Positions 29,479-38,568 of a stretch of 50,381 nucleotides of DNA are shown here, one piece after another. The notes under the pieces are model-generated. The model worked only from the letters and a program-made list of their open reading frames with translations, did no database searches and was not told where the DNA came from. This DNA comes from Brooklawnia sp. (GTDB lineage Bacteria > Actinomycetota > Actinomycetes > Propionibacteriales > Propionibacteriaceae). Where the stretch lies: positions 1 through 50,381 of the forward strand of contig JBMNPP010000001.1 in assembly GCA_050943675.1 (NCBI GenBank), given 5' to 3'. The translations under genes and the position numbers were made by a program. Numbering within the stretch: the first letter of the stretch is position 1; each line of letters starts with the position of its first letter.

Positions 29479-30173
29479 CTCTCTTCCAGTGCGAACCCCG
29501 CGGCAGCCTCCGCGTGAATCTGCGCGGTCGGGAACAATGGCACGGCAAGGTCGTCCTGGCCGATCAGCAGTTCGATCTCGGTGCAACCAGCGATGACGCC
29601 CTCGGCGCCCCGGGCGGTGAGGGCATCAATGATCTCCAGATACGCCCGCTTGGAGTCGGGTTTGATCAGCCCGCGCACCAACTCCTGGTAGATCACGTCG
29701 TGGACGCGTGCACGCTCCGGCTCGGTGGGTACCATGACCGTCAGGCCGTGGCTGTCTCGCAACCGACCGGCGTAGAAGTCCTGCTCCATGGTGTAACGGG
29801 TGCCGAGCAACGCGACGACCTGCACTCCGCTTGCCTTCACTGCCCGGGCCGTGGCATCGGCGATGTGGATGACCGGTACATCTATCGCGGCCTGCACGGT
29901 GTCGGCCAGCCGGTGCATCGTGTTCGTGCAGATGACGATGCCCTCAGCCCCGCCCGCGACCAGATCGCTGGCGGCCGCCGCCAGCACCTGCCCGGCTTCG
30001 TCCCATCGACCGGCCATCTGCAACGCCTCAATATCGGCGAAGTTGAACGACCGGATTAGCAAGTCGGCCGACGCAACGCCGCCGAGCTTGTCGCGCACGT
30101 ACCGGTTGATGATGCGCTCGTACTCAACCGATGATTCCCAGGACATCCCACCCAGCAGACCGAGCCTCTTCAC
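29475..30173 (-). CDS. Aspartate/glutamate racemase family protein (YgeA/RacX-like)
   Basis: LGLLGGMSWESS, ICTNTMH, AGCTEI catalytic cysteines. GTG 30173 with TACGGT -10 box 7 nt upstream. Confidence 0.93.
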   Translation of the reverse strand: MKRLGLLGGMSWESSVEYERIINRYVRDKLGGVASADLLIRSFNFADIEALQMAGRWDEAGQVLAAAASDLVAGGAEGIVICTNTMHRLADTVQAAIDVPVIHIADATARAVKASGVQVVALLGTRYTMEQDFYAGRLRDSHGLTVMVPTEPERARVHDVIYQELVRGLIKPDSKRAYLEIIDALTARGAEGVIAGCTEIELLIGQDDLAVPLFPTAQIHAEAAAGFALEER

Positions 30174-30294
30174 ACCGACCACCGTACGCGGCCGGTGCCG
30201 GATCACAATGCTCGTTGCGGGCTCCTGGTTGCTCGCCTGCCTGATTGCCCGGAGTTAGTGTTGAGCATCAACAGCACACCGTGAGGAGCCACAA

Positions 30295-30687
30295 GTGAAG
30301 CTCATCAACGTTGCCGCCGGGCTCGCACTCGGCATCCCATTCGCTTTCCTGGGCTACGAGGCTGTCGCCGAGCCCGGCGTGCGGGTCGGCATGGCCACCA
30401 AGTTCGGCATCCCCGAGGAGTACGCCGAGACCGCTGTGCGCATCAACGGTGCAGTCATGGCGCTGGGCGGCGTTTCGGTCGCGACCGGGATCCTCCCGCG
30501 GCTCGGTGCACTGGGTGTGGCCGCGTCAATGGTCCCGACCACGCTGGCGGGCCACGCCTTCTGGAATGACACCGACCCCACCACCAAGGCACTGAACCGA
30601 ATCCAGTTCATGAAGAACCTCGGGCTGATCGGCGGGATGCTCGCGATCGCCGGGCGTCGGGGCAAGTGCGGTTGTCGACGCGACTGA
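30295..30687 (+). CDS. DoxX family membrane protein
   Basis: PTTLAGHAFW and QFMKNLGLIGG motifs; GAGGAG RBS. Confidence 0.88.
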   Translation: MKLINVAAGLALGIPFAFLGYEAVAEPGVRVGMATKFGIPEEYAETAVRINGAVMALGGVSVATGILPRLGALGVAASMVPTTLAGHAFWNDTDPTTKALNRIQFMKNLGLIGGMLAIAGRRGKCGCRRD

Positions 30688-30834
30688 TCGACAAGGATTC
30701 CTGCTGGCCGGGTGGGATCCAGAGGATTGCCTCTGCAAGGCGATACGCCAGTGCGCATCAAACAACCCCGCCGAAGCTCGCACCCTTGGATGAGGCAAGG
30801 CCTCAGGCCGCCGGGCACCCATCGTCGGCAATAG

Positions 30835-30914
30835 AACGGGATTTGCGCACCGCAGATGACCCCTTCGACTGTTTTGGGGCCCGAAATCGTCGTCTAGGGT
30901 GCGCCAATCCCGAT
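30835..30914. repeat. 80-bp palindromic intergenic element, copy 2
   Basis: AACGGGATTTGCGCACCGCAGA...TCTAGGGTGCGCCAATCCCGAT. Confidence 0.8.
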
Positions 30915-31016
30915 TCGGTCGGTCAAACACGCCTGCAGGGCAGCCCGGACTTCCGTACGCAGGGGCATCGGCGTGCAGCGTAGGTAGGCTGGGCGGCAGA
31001 CGAAGGGACACAGCCG

Positions 31017-32390
31017 ATGGGCACAGTCATTCCGTTCCCGGCTCAGGGTGGTGACCAATCCTGGGCAGACCTGTTCGATCCGGGTAACCGGCCGCGCCCG
31101 GAACTGCTGCCGCCCCGCGAGACGAGGGTCACCTATGTCGTCAGGGTTGACCTGGATGATGCGCAGCCACCCATCTGGCGTCGCTTGCGGCTGACCAGCG
31201 ATCTCGACCTTGAAACGCTCCACCTCGTGTTGCAGGTCGCGATGGGCTGGACGAATTCGCACCTGCACCACTTCCAGATGGGACCGGACACCAAAGACTT
31301 CCAGATGATGCCGTTCGGCACCGACTACGACGAGGAATCCGACTGGGCAGAGGATGTCCACGAACGGGACGTTCGCCTCGACCAGGTGCTCGCAAAGCCG
31401 GGCCAGCGGTTGTTCTATGAGTACGACTTCGGCGACGGTTGGCAGCACACGATACGGCTCGAAAAGGTGGAGCCCTGGCAGGACGATTCCCCGGACGCCT
31501 TGTGCGTCGAAGGGCGCAGAGCCTGTCCTCCCGAGGACGTCGGTGGCATCGGCGGGTATGAAGAAACCCTTGCTGCGCTCAGGGGTGAGCCTGGCCCCGA
31601 TCCCGAATGGACGAAACAGTTGCTCGACTGGCTGCCGCCCGGCTACGACCCAGAGCACTTCGACGTCGACGAGGTGAACAAGGTGTTGGCGCGCCCGCCG
31701 CTCGACCTCGACGCCTGGCACCCCGGGCTCACGCGACTGCTCAGGCAGCCCAACCTGACGTTGTCGCCGCTGGCACGATTGATCTTCGATGCCACTGCCG
31801 AGGCGGTCGAACTCACCGAAGAAGAGCTGTTGGTCGCAACTCATCGCTATCGACACCTGGTCGCCGCCGTTGGTGAGGGAGTGAAACTCACCCAGGCCGG
31901 ATACCTGCCGCCGGCCGTGGTCAGCCAATTGTTCGACGACCTCGGCCTGGAGAAGTTCTGGCGCTCGGCCGGCAACCGGGAAGTGCAGACACTGCCAGTG
32001 CTGACGCTGCGCCAATCAGCCACCGACCTCGGATTACTGCGCAAGCAGCACGGCAAACTGCTGCCAACGGCGGCCGGACGCCGCCTGGCCGACGACGCTG
32101 GTCGCCTATTCGAGCACATCCGCAGCCGCCTGCCGCTCGGCCGCCGGGATTCCGACCAGGACGCCGGCCTGCTCGCACTGCTGTACGCCGCCGGCGGGCA
32201 TGACCTCTACGATCAACTCGAGTCCGCCGCCGAAGCATTCGGCAGCCTGGGTTGGCAGTCCTCGGTGTCGCTCCAACAGGCTTTGTGGTACTCAGCGGCA
32301 CCAACCCGCGACGTACTCGACCACCTGATTGGGCGTCCTGCGAACCCCGGCACCCGCACCCGAATCGCCCGGGCCCTGATCAGCCGCTGA
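31017..32390 (+). CDS. Plasmid pRiA4b ORF-3 family protein with C-terminal helical extension
   Basis: PPIWRRL, LH..LQVAMGWTNSHLH, YEYDFGDGWQH, GRRACPPEDVGGIGGY. Confidence 0.9.
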   Translation: MGTVIPFPAQGGDQSWADLFDPGNRPRPELLPPRETRVTYVVRVDLDDAQPPIWRRLRLTSDLDLETLHLVLQVAMGWTNSHLHHFQMGPDTKDFQMMPFGTDYDEESDWAEDVHERDVRLDQVLAKPGQRLFYEYDFGDGWQHTIRLEKVEPWQDDSPDALCVEGRRACPPEDVGGIGGYEETLAALRGEPGPDPEWTKQLLDWLPPGYDPEHFDVDEVNKVLARPPLDLDAWHPGLTRLLRQPNLTLSPLARLIFDATAEAVELTEEELLVATHRYRHLVAAVGEGVKLTQAGYLPPAVVSQLFDDLGLEKFWRSAGNREVQTLPVLTLRQSATDLGLLRKQHGKLLPTAAGRRLADDAGRLFEHIRSRLPLGRRDSDQDAGLLALLYAAGGHDLYDQLESAAEAFGSLGWQSSVSLQQALWYSAAPTRDVLDHLIGRPANPGTRTRIARALISR

Positions 32391-32670
32391 CCGACCAGGG
32401 GGTCCTTGCGCTTCCCCGGGGGCACCACGCCTGCGTGGCGTTCCTCCCGCGAACCCGGACCTGTTTCATGCCTGCTTCAACCAGTTCCAGTTGGATCACC
32501 GGGCGTCCGGCCAACCATGTACGCCACGGTGGTGCGCAACCCCTGTTCTGGTGGGTTGGGCCCCGCTTGCTGCGCAGTTATCCACGGACCCGGTGGCCGA
32601 GTTGCTCATTCCTGCTTGTCAGAGGCATCATGTGGGGGTCGGTCAAATCTCACCCCCATTGGAGGTCGAC

Positions 32671-33237
32671 ATGGTTTCACGTCGAACCCTGCGCACAACA
32701 ATCGCACTCACCCTGGCACTCGCCCTGGCCGGATGCGGAACCCCCACGCACTCTCAAACACCCACCCCGCTCGAACCAGGCCCCGTGGTGACACCGAGCC
32801 CCACCCCGGACACGGACGCCCTCTACGCCGAAGCAGAACGGGTAATCCTGGCAGCCAACAAGCTGGAAGAGGCGTACTTGCTGGACGCCGACAACAAGCA
32901 ATACCCGCCAGGCCTGACGGAGTTCTTCGCAGACCCCTACCTGGAGGCGAGCAAACGAGACTACGCGACAATAAAAGGGTTGGGATACAGAACCCCACCC
33001 GGGGCGGAGGTGCGCAGCAGATTCCAGCAGGCGCCGGAGGAACTCGACCATGACGCTGACGTTGCCATTCGAGCTTGCCGGGACACCACAGACGCCCCCT
33101 TCATTGATGAACACGGGACAGTCACCTCCCCGGGAAACCTCTCGCTATGGGTGTTCCTACTCAAGGACTTTGACGGTCAACTGAAGCTCTTCGGAGCCAC
33201 AGCCTACGGTGAGGTGGAACAGTGTCCTTTCGAATAA
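32671..33237 (+). CDS. Hypothetical lipoprotein
   Basis: GGAGG RBS before ATG 32671; LAGC lipobox; Pro/Thr linker; paired Cys near the C-terminus. Confidence 0.8.
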   Translation: MVSRRTLRTTIALTLALALAGCGTPTHSQTPTPLEPGPVVTPSPTPDTDALYAEAERVILAANKLEEAYLLDADNKQYPPGLTEFFADPYLEASKRDYATIKGLGYRTPPGAEVRSRFQQAPEELDHDADVAIRACRDTTDAPFIDEHGTVTSPGNLSLWVFLLKDFDGQLKLFGATAYGEVEQCPFE

Positions 33238-34060
33238 TTCAAGCCGTTTTGCCACTGATTATTGCCATCATGTTCGCGCCGCAGATTCATGCGGACACGA
33301 CCCCTCCCATAGAGCCCGATGGCAAATCCCAGATTACGGCCGTCGGGGGTGGATTTGGTTCTACGGCGTGGGCCGAGGCAAGGATCCCTGCACCTACCGG
33401 GAGCGACCAGGCGCCGATTCAAGACTCGGTCGGCGGGACACAAGCCGATCAGACCTTCGGCCCGTGGGAATACTTCGACTATCAGGGCCTAAGAGGAGGC
33501 CCGATACCGATGCGCTGCCGAACCATCAACCCGGGGCAACCCGATGAGGACTACTACTGCGAGAGAGTCCGCGACGAGGCACCCACCGAAGAAGAACAAC
33601 TCGCCACCCAGGCCGCCGCCCACGCAGTAGCAGAACTGACCGTCCTACCCCAGCAATCCGGATGAGCCCAATGCCCTCCGACAACAAATGGAACGCACTG
33701 GCAGTCGGACTGCCCCTGTGGTTCTGGTGGGACCACCCCGACCAAGTCGGGACCAGCGTCAACCAGGATGACATCCAGATCACCATGACAGCCGAATTGA
33801 CCAGCGTCGACTTCGACTTCGGAGACGACCAAACCAGAAACTGCCGAACCGGATCCTCCCGCCCAGCCGGATACCACCCACTCGTCGAATCCAGCACCTG
33901 CGGCCACAAATACCTGAAGAAGGGCCAATACACGATCACCGCAACCGGCAACTGGGCAGTCACCTGGAACGCCCTGGGCCACAGCGGAACAATCCCACTC
34001 ACCTCCACCGCAACCCTGGACGCACCAGTCAGCGAGTTCGTGGCCGTAGTGGTCGGCTGA
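33222..34060 (+). pseudogene. Secreted protein with PKD/Ig-like C-terminal domain, split by a 1-bp frameshift (ORFs 33222-33665 and 33662-34060)
   Basis: Signal peptide. Adding one C at about 33644 gives continuous ELTVPTPAIRMSPMP. C-terminal VGLPLWFW, FDFGDD..C, CGHKY...G.YTITAT..W. Confidence 0.65.
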
Positions 34061-34076
34061 CCCCGGTCGACGTGAA

Positions 34077-35126
34077 TCAGGGCAATAGCCGCGCCAGAGC
34101 CGTTCCCAATCCCGGTGCGTAGACATGAAGCCGCAGACCAAGACGCGTTCTTCGCGTCATGCCAGCATGCTCAACAAGACGCAAGAGCTGCCCGCGCTTC
34201 TGCCTGGCCAGGGCTTGCGTCCAGCGACCGGGCTGGTCCTGATTCCGTCGAGGTGGAAAACCCACGCACAACTGCGAGAAGGTAGCGACCGCGCGCTTGA
34301 GCGGCAATCCCGCATGGTCATGGAAGCCGGCTGTATCGAGGGCTGCCACGTTGTCGATGAAGGCGTCCAGCATGTCCATCAGGGATTTCTCGGTCGCGGT
34401 CACTGTGGCCATGAGGCTGCCGGGACGCTGCCAATAGAAGTACCCGGCTCGGGTGGTCGCGGCCAGACTCGTCGCGGCACAGATCAGGCGAGCGGACACA
34501 AAGATGTCCTCGTGCAGTCGCCCAACAGGGAACTCCACCGCCTTGACAAGGTGCTGGCGGAAGATCTTGCCCCAAACAACCATCGTCTCGGTCGGGTCAC
34601 TGCCATACACCAGGTCAAGCGCCGCAGCCGGCGTGAGGCGGTCGGTCCTCACCTCAGCAGCAACGGGCAGACTTGGGCGCCCCTGGCCAACCCTGGTGAA
34701 TGAACCGACAGCTATGTCCGAGCCAGTCTCCCCGATCAACTGGAGCAGCCCCTGAAGGTAATCCTGCGCAATCCAATCGTCGCTGTCGATAAAGGCGATG
34801 AACTCGCCCTTGGCCGCCCTGACTCCCGCATTGCGCGCGGCAGAGGCACCGGCGTTGGCCTGGTGAATCACCTGGATTCGTGGGTCCACTGCCGCGTACT
34901 GGTCGCAAATCGCGCCGCTGCGATCAGGTGATCCATCGTCAACCAGTATGAGCTCAAACTCTTTGTACGTCTGCGCCAGTACCGATTCAACACACCGCGG
35001 CAGCAGTTCCTCCACCTTGTAAACCGGAGTGACGATGCTCACGAGGCCCGCTACGAATTCGGAACTGCTCGGCGCTGTTTCCGCACTGGCCGGAACAACC
35101 GACGGGTCGGGCTCGGAAGCCATCAT
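34077..35126 (-). CDS. Glycosyltransferase family 2 (EpsJ/EpsH-like)
   Basis: VSIVTPVYKVE, LVDDGSPD, NAGASAARN, FIDSDD, HED. Confidence 0.92.
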   Translation of the reverse strand: MMASEPDPSVVPASAETAPSSSEFVAGLVSIVTPVYKVEELLPRCVESVLAQTYKEFELILVDDGSPDRSGAICDQYAAVDPRIQVIHQANAGASAARNAGVRAAKGEFIAFIDSDDWIAQDYLQGLLQLIGETGSDIAVGSFTRVGQGRPSLPVAAEVRTDRLTPAAALDLVYGSDPTETMVVWGKIFRQHLVKAVEFPVGRLHEDIFVSARLICAATSLAATTRAGYFYWQRPGSLMATVTATEKSLMDMLDAFIDNVAALDTAGFHDHAGLPLKRAVATFSQLCVGFPPRRNQDQPGRWTQALARQKRGQLLRLVEHAGMTRRTRLGLRLHVYAPGLGTALARLLP

Positions 35127-35153
35127 TGACAAAACTCCTGCCCCACTGGGTTG

Positions 35154-36497
35154 CTACAGGTCTGCCTCTTGCACCAGTGCGGGACGCACCACGATGCGCG
35201 TCCACGAACCGATGTAGATGCGGTCCTGGGGGCTCAGTTCGACTCGGCCGCTGATCGGGGTGGTGGGCATCGGTTGGTCGACCTGGCCGATGTACGTGCC
35301 GTTCGACGAACCGAGATCTTCAATGAACCAGCGGCTGCCGTCAGTGGTCAGCGCGGCCTGGCGACGCGAGACGCCGGTGTCGGTGACCGAATCCAGGTCA
35401 GGTCGTCCGCTGGAGGTGGCACGCCCAATCACAATCGCCTGCTTGCGCAGAGCGCGGATGATCGGCTGCCCTGGAGACGGCAGTTGCTCGGGGGCCTGCT
35501 GAACCCGGTACCACTCGGGGTCGATCCAGATCTCGGCAACCCAGCGGGCCGGGCCGGTTTCGCTCGGCATCTGCGAGGCCGGACGTGGCCGGGCTGTCGG
35601 CTGCTGCGGACTCGGCGAGGGCGGCGCCGCATGCTGGGGGCTGGGTTGCGGAGCCGCGGTTGGCTGCGGCGGCCGCCGGACAGGGCTGGCCGGAGGGCCC
35701 GCAGGTGCAGTCGGCCCGGTCGCTCGCGGCCGCGGCGCCTGCGACGGCACCCTGGCCGGTGGGCCCTGACGGGTCGGTAGGGTCGGCGGGTAACCACCAC
35801 CGGGCCGACCCGGTTGCTGCGGCTGGACGGTCGGCGGGGGAGGTTGATGTGGCGGAAGATTCAGTGGTTCCAGGTCATCGGGACTCGGCACGTCACCCTC
35901 GGGCGCACCAAGGCTGAGCGCATCGGCCAATACCGGGTTGGGCGCCGGGGCGGCCGGCTCCCGGCCGGGTCGCGATTCAACCACCAGGGGGTTCTCCCCC
36001 AGCGGCCCATGGCCGGGCACGTCATCCAGGCTGAACGTTGTGACCGGTGGCGCCGCAGGCTCGGGCCCTGGCTCCGTAGCCTCCGAAGTATCCGGGCTGG
36101 CCGCATAGTAATCCTGCCTGGGCTGATCACCCTGGTCACCGACTGCGCCTGGCCCGGCCTCCGCTGGGACCGGGCGGGCCGACCCGATCGGGACCGGCGC
36201 GGGTGATTCTGGTGCGTCTGGGCTGGCCGGTGACGGCGCAGCCGGGGCTGCGCTGCGAGGCATCGACCCGGTGAGGAAGTCGTAACCGCAGGTCTCGCAG
36301 AAGAAGGCGTCCGGCCCAGCCACCGACGAACAGACCGGGCAGGTCTGGGTACGTGGCGCCGGGGTGCTGGTGGGGGCAGGCCCGACCGATGCACCCTTCT
36401 GGGCTGGACCGGGCGGGCTTGCCGCACCCATCGGCGTCCAGCAGGTAGAGCAGTAATCGCTGGTCGAGCTTTCGTGCCCGGCTGGACACAGCATCAT
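35154..36497 (-). CDS. FHA domain protein with N-terminal zinc ribbons and long Pro-rich linker
   Basis: CPAGH..CSTC and CPVC..CETCG ribbons; C-terminal IGR...GVSRRQA...DLGSSNGT. Confidence 0.88.
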   Translation of the reverse strand: MMLCPAGHESSTSDYCSTCWTPMGAASPPGPAQKGASVGPAPTSTPAPRTQTCPVCSSVAGPDAFFCETCGYDFLTGSMPRSAAPAAPSPASPDAPESPAPVPIGSARPVPAEAGPGAVGDQGDQPRQDYYAASPDTSEATEPGPEPAAPPVTTFSLDDVPGHGPLGENPLVVESRPGREPAAPAPNPVLADALSLGAPEGDVPSPDDLEPLNLPPHQPPPPTVQPQQPGRPGGGYPPTLPTRQGPPARVPSQAPRPRATGPTAPAGPPASPVRRPPQPTAAPQPSPQHAAPPSPSPQQPTARPRPASQMPSETGPARWVAEIWIDPEWYRVQQAPEQLPSPGQPIIRALRKQAIVIGRATSSGRPDLDSVTDTGVSRRQAALTTDGSRWFIEDLGSSNGTYIGQVDQPMPTTPISGRVELSPQDRIYIGSWTRIVVRPALVQEADL

Positions 36498-36613
36498 GGT
36501 CCACTCCTTCGCCCTGTGCCGTCGCGTCGAGGCACCCGTCTGGGCTGCCTCGACTGTACTAGTCCGCCGGCCACGGTAGGCAGAGGCGGGCAGATCGCGG
36601 CTGGCGCGTGCCC

Positions 36614-36645
36614 GGTTGGCTCAACGGACAGCGGTTGAGCCAACC
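36614..36645. terminator. Hairpin downstream of the Mo-oxidoreductase operon (possible terminator)
   Basis: Perfect 12-bp stem GGTTGGCTCAAC / GTTGAGCCAACC. Confidence 0.5.
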
Positions 36646-36647
36646 AA

Positions 36648-36727
36648 AACGGGATTCGCGCACCCCAGAAAGCTGACAGGCAGGGAAAAGGGTCGAAAAC
36701 CCTCGTCTGGGGTGCGCAAATCCCGTT
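36648..36727. repeat. 80-bp palindromic intergenic element, copy 3
   Basis: AACGGGATTCGCGCACCCCAGA...TCTGGGGTGCGCAAATCCCGTT. Confidence 0.8.
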
Positions 36728-36756
36728 CTACTGATGATGAACGCCCCACTGCCCCA

Positions 36757-37812
36757 TCACATGGTGGGGGCGTGCACCCCTGCCTGCAGGATCGCCTTGC
36801 GCGAATAGAGCACTCCGACCCCGCCCAGGGCTGCAGCGAGCGCGCCCAGAGCTGCCGGCAGGACGCCCGCAGCAACCAGGCCCGCGATCGCGCCAGGGAT
36901 CGCGAGACCGACCACACCGGCCCCGACCTTGAAGTCGACCGACTGCCCACCCTGGGTCAGCTCGTACTCACTGACCCGGGCCGACTTCGGCCCACCCCGC
37001 ACACCTGCCAGGTAGGCGTAGCCCAGTGCCCCGGCAAGCAGGAAGGCCGCAGCCGTCGCCTGCAACAGTGCAGCCGGCGGGTTCACCAGCAGTGCACTGG
37101 TCAGGGCCGCGCCGGTGGCCAGCGCGTTGGCGCCGAAGAAGAACGGCAGCACACTGGACCGCCAGCCCTCTACCCCGGCCGAGGCGTTGAGGAAGAACCC
37201 GTCATAGACCAGTAGCACCAGGCTGGCCACCAGCGCCAGTGCCGTCAACGGAGCAGAAGCCGCCAGGCTCATCCCGCCCAGGCCCGCCACGACCGGCACG
37301 GCACCAGCCAGCATGAACGCCGCGAACGCCCACGAGCCACGCGCGATCCACGAGGTGCGCGGTTTGGCGAAAACCCGCCAGACCCGTTCGGGACGCCCCA
37401 GGTCGAGCAACAGCAGCGCACCCTTGACGCCCACAGTCAGCCCATACCCGATCAGCATCCCCGGCACACTGCCGGTCAGCGCCGAGGCGACGAACGTCCC
37501 GGCACCGATGCCGCCCGCAGTCATCTCGAGCCACATCTCGGGCACCGCCCAGTTGGTGTCGCGATGGTAGCCCAGCGCGAGCGGGAACTCGGTGATCATG
37601 TCGTCGTACTCGCTGCGTCCGGCAGTGGCGACCGGCTCTGCCCGAGTCGGCGGGCTGGCCGGCACGCCGGCATCGTCCCGCACACTCAGACCAATCACAT
37701 CGCGGACGATCCGCTCGGCAACCTGGTCGAGTGCATCGTCGACGCGCTGCACCGCGGCTGCCAGCAATTCCTGGGCCCGCCGGATCGGCAGGGCAACCTC
37801 GATCAAAGTCAT
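36757..37812 (-). CDS. NrfD/PsrC family membrane anchor subunit
   Basis: GGIGAG, LLLDLGRPERVW...TSWIARG motifs, about 8 TM; ATG 37812. Confidence 0.88.
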   Translation of the reverse strand: MTLIEVALPIRRAQELLAAAVQRVDDALDQVAERIVRDVIGLSVRDDAGVPASPPTRAEPVATAGRSEYDDMITEFPLALGYHRDTNWAVPEMWLEMTAGGIGAGTFVASALTGSVPGMLIGYGLTVGVKGALLLLDLGRPERVWRVFAKPRTSWIARGSWAFAAFMLAGAVPVVAGLGGMSLAASAPLTALALVASLVLLVYDGFFLNASAGVEGWRSSVLPFFFGANALATGAALTSALLVNPPAALLQATAAAFLLAGALGYAYLAGVRGGPKSARVSEYELTQGGQSVDFKVGAGVVGLAIPGAIAGLVAAGVLPAALGALAAALGGVGVLYSRKAILQAGVHAPTM

Positions 37813-37949
37813 GCCCTGCCTCCCTTCGGTGCCCGGCCGCGGCACACAGCCACGACCACTGTGGTGATGATGAGCGCGATCGATGCCACCAGGCCCACCT
37901 TCACCGCCGACTTCACCTGTTGATAACTGGCCTCATCGACTTGTCTCAT
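37809..37949 (-). CDS. Small single-TM protein (46 aa) inside the oxidoreductase operon
   Basis: MRQVDEASYQQVKSAVKVGLVASIALIITTVVVAVCRGRAPKGGRA*; GAGGAG RBS; ATGA overlap with the NrfD start. Confidence 0.7.
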   Translation of the reverse strand: MRQVDEASYQQVKSAVKVGLVASIALIITTVVVAVCRGRAPKGGRA

Positions 37950-37961
37950 AACCCTCACTCC

Positions 37962-38558
37962 TCACCGGATGTAGTAGACCTGTGGATCGGTGCCCAGCTC
38001 TTCACGCAACTGGAAACCGTTGTGCTGGGCGACCAGCTCCATCATTTCTTCGCGCGGCCCGAAGAACCGGCACTCGGTGATGCACTCCTGGACGCAGGCC
38101 GGTGGCTCACCACGGTCGAGTCGTCCGGTCGACTTGCAGAAATCACACTTGTCGACCACGCCCACCGGGTACTTGTCCTCCATCACCTGCTCATATGGCG
38201 TCAGCACTTCACCGAAATAGCCTTCGCTGCTGGTGCGGGTGTAGCGCGCGCCATAGGGGCAAGCGGTGACGCAGGCCCGGCAGCCGATGCAGGCATCCTT
38301 GTTGACCACCACGATGCCGTCCTCGTCGACGTAGGTGGCCCCAGTGGGGCACACCGGCACGCACGGCGGGTTCGCGCACTGCATGCACAGCAGCGGCAGC
38401 GCGGTGCGGGTCACGTTGGGGAAGATGCCTTCTTCCTTGGTGACGACCTTCGAACGGAAGACGCCCGGTGGGGTCCCGTTCTCGGCCTTGCAACTGGTCA
38501 TGCAGGCATCGCAGCCAACACAACGCTTCAGATCAATGACCATCATGTATTTGCCCAT
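37962..38558 (-). CDS. 4Fe-4S dicluster electron-transfer subunit (DmsB/PsrB/NrfC-like)
   Basis: CVGCDACMTSC, CMQCANPPCVPVCP, CIGCRACVTACP, KCDFC...PACVQEC. Confidence 0.93.
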   Translation of the reverse strand: MGKYMMVIDLKRCVGCDACMTSCKAENGTPPGVFRSKVVTKEEGIFPNVTRTALPLLCMQCANPPCVPVCPTGATYVDEDGIVVVNKDACIGCRACVTACPYGARYTRTSSEGYFGEVLTPYEQVMEDKYPVGVVDKCDFCKSTGRLDRGEPPACVQECITECRFFGPREEMMELVAQHNGFQLREELGTDPQVYYIR

Positions 38559-38568
38559 GTCAACCCCC

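Noticed and set aside
32578-32586. DnaA box / replication origin (TTATCCACG)
   Set aside because: Single imperfect box, with no cluster, no AT-rich unwinding element and no dnaA or rep gene.
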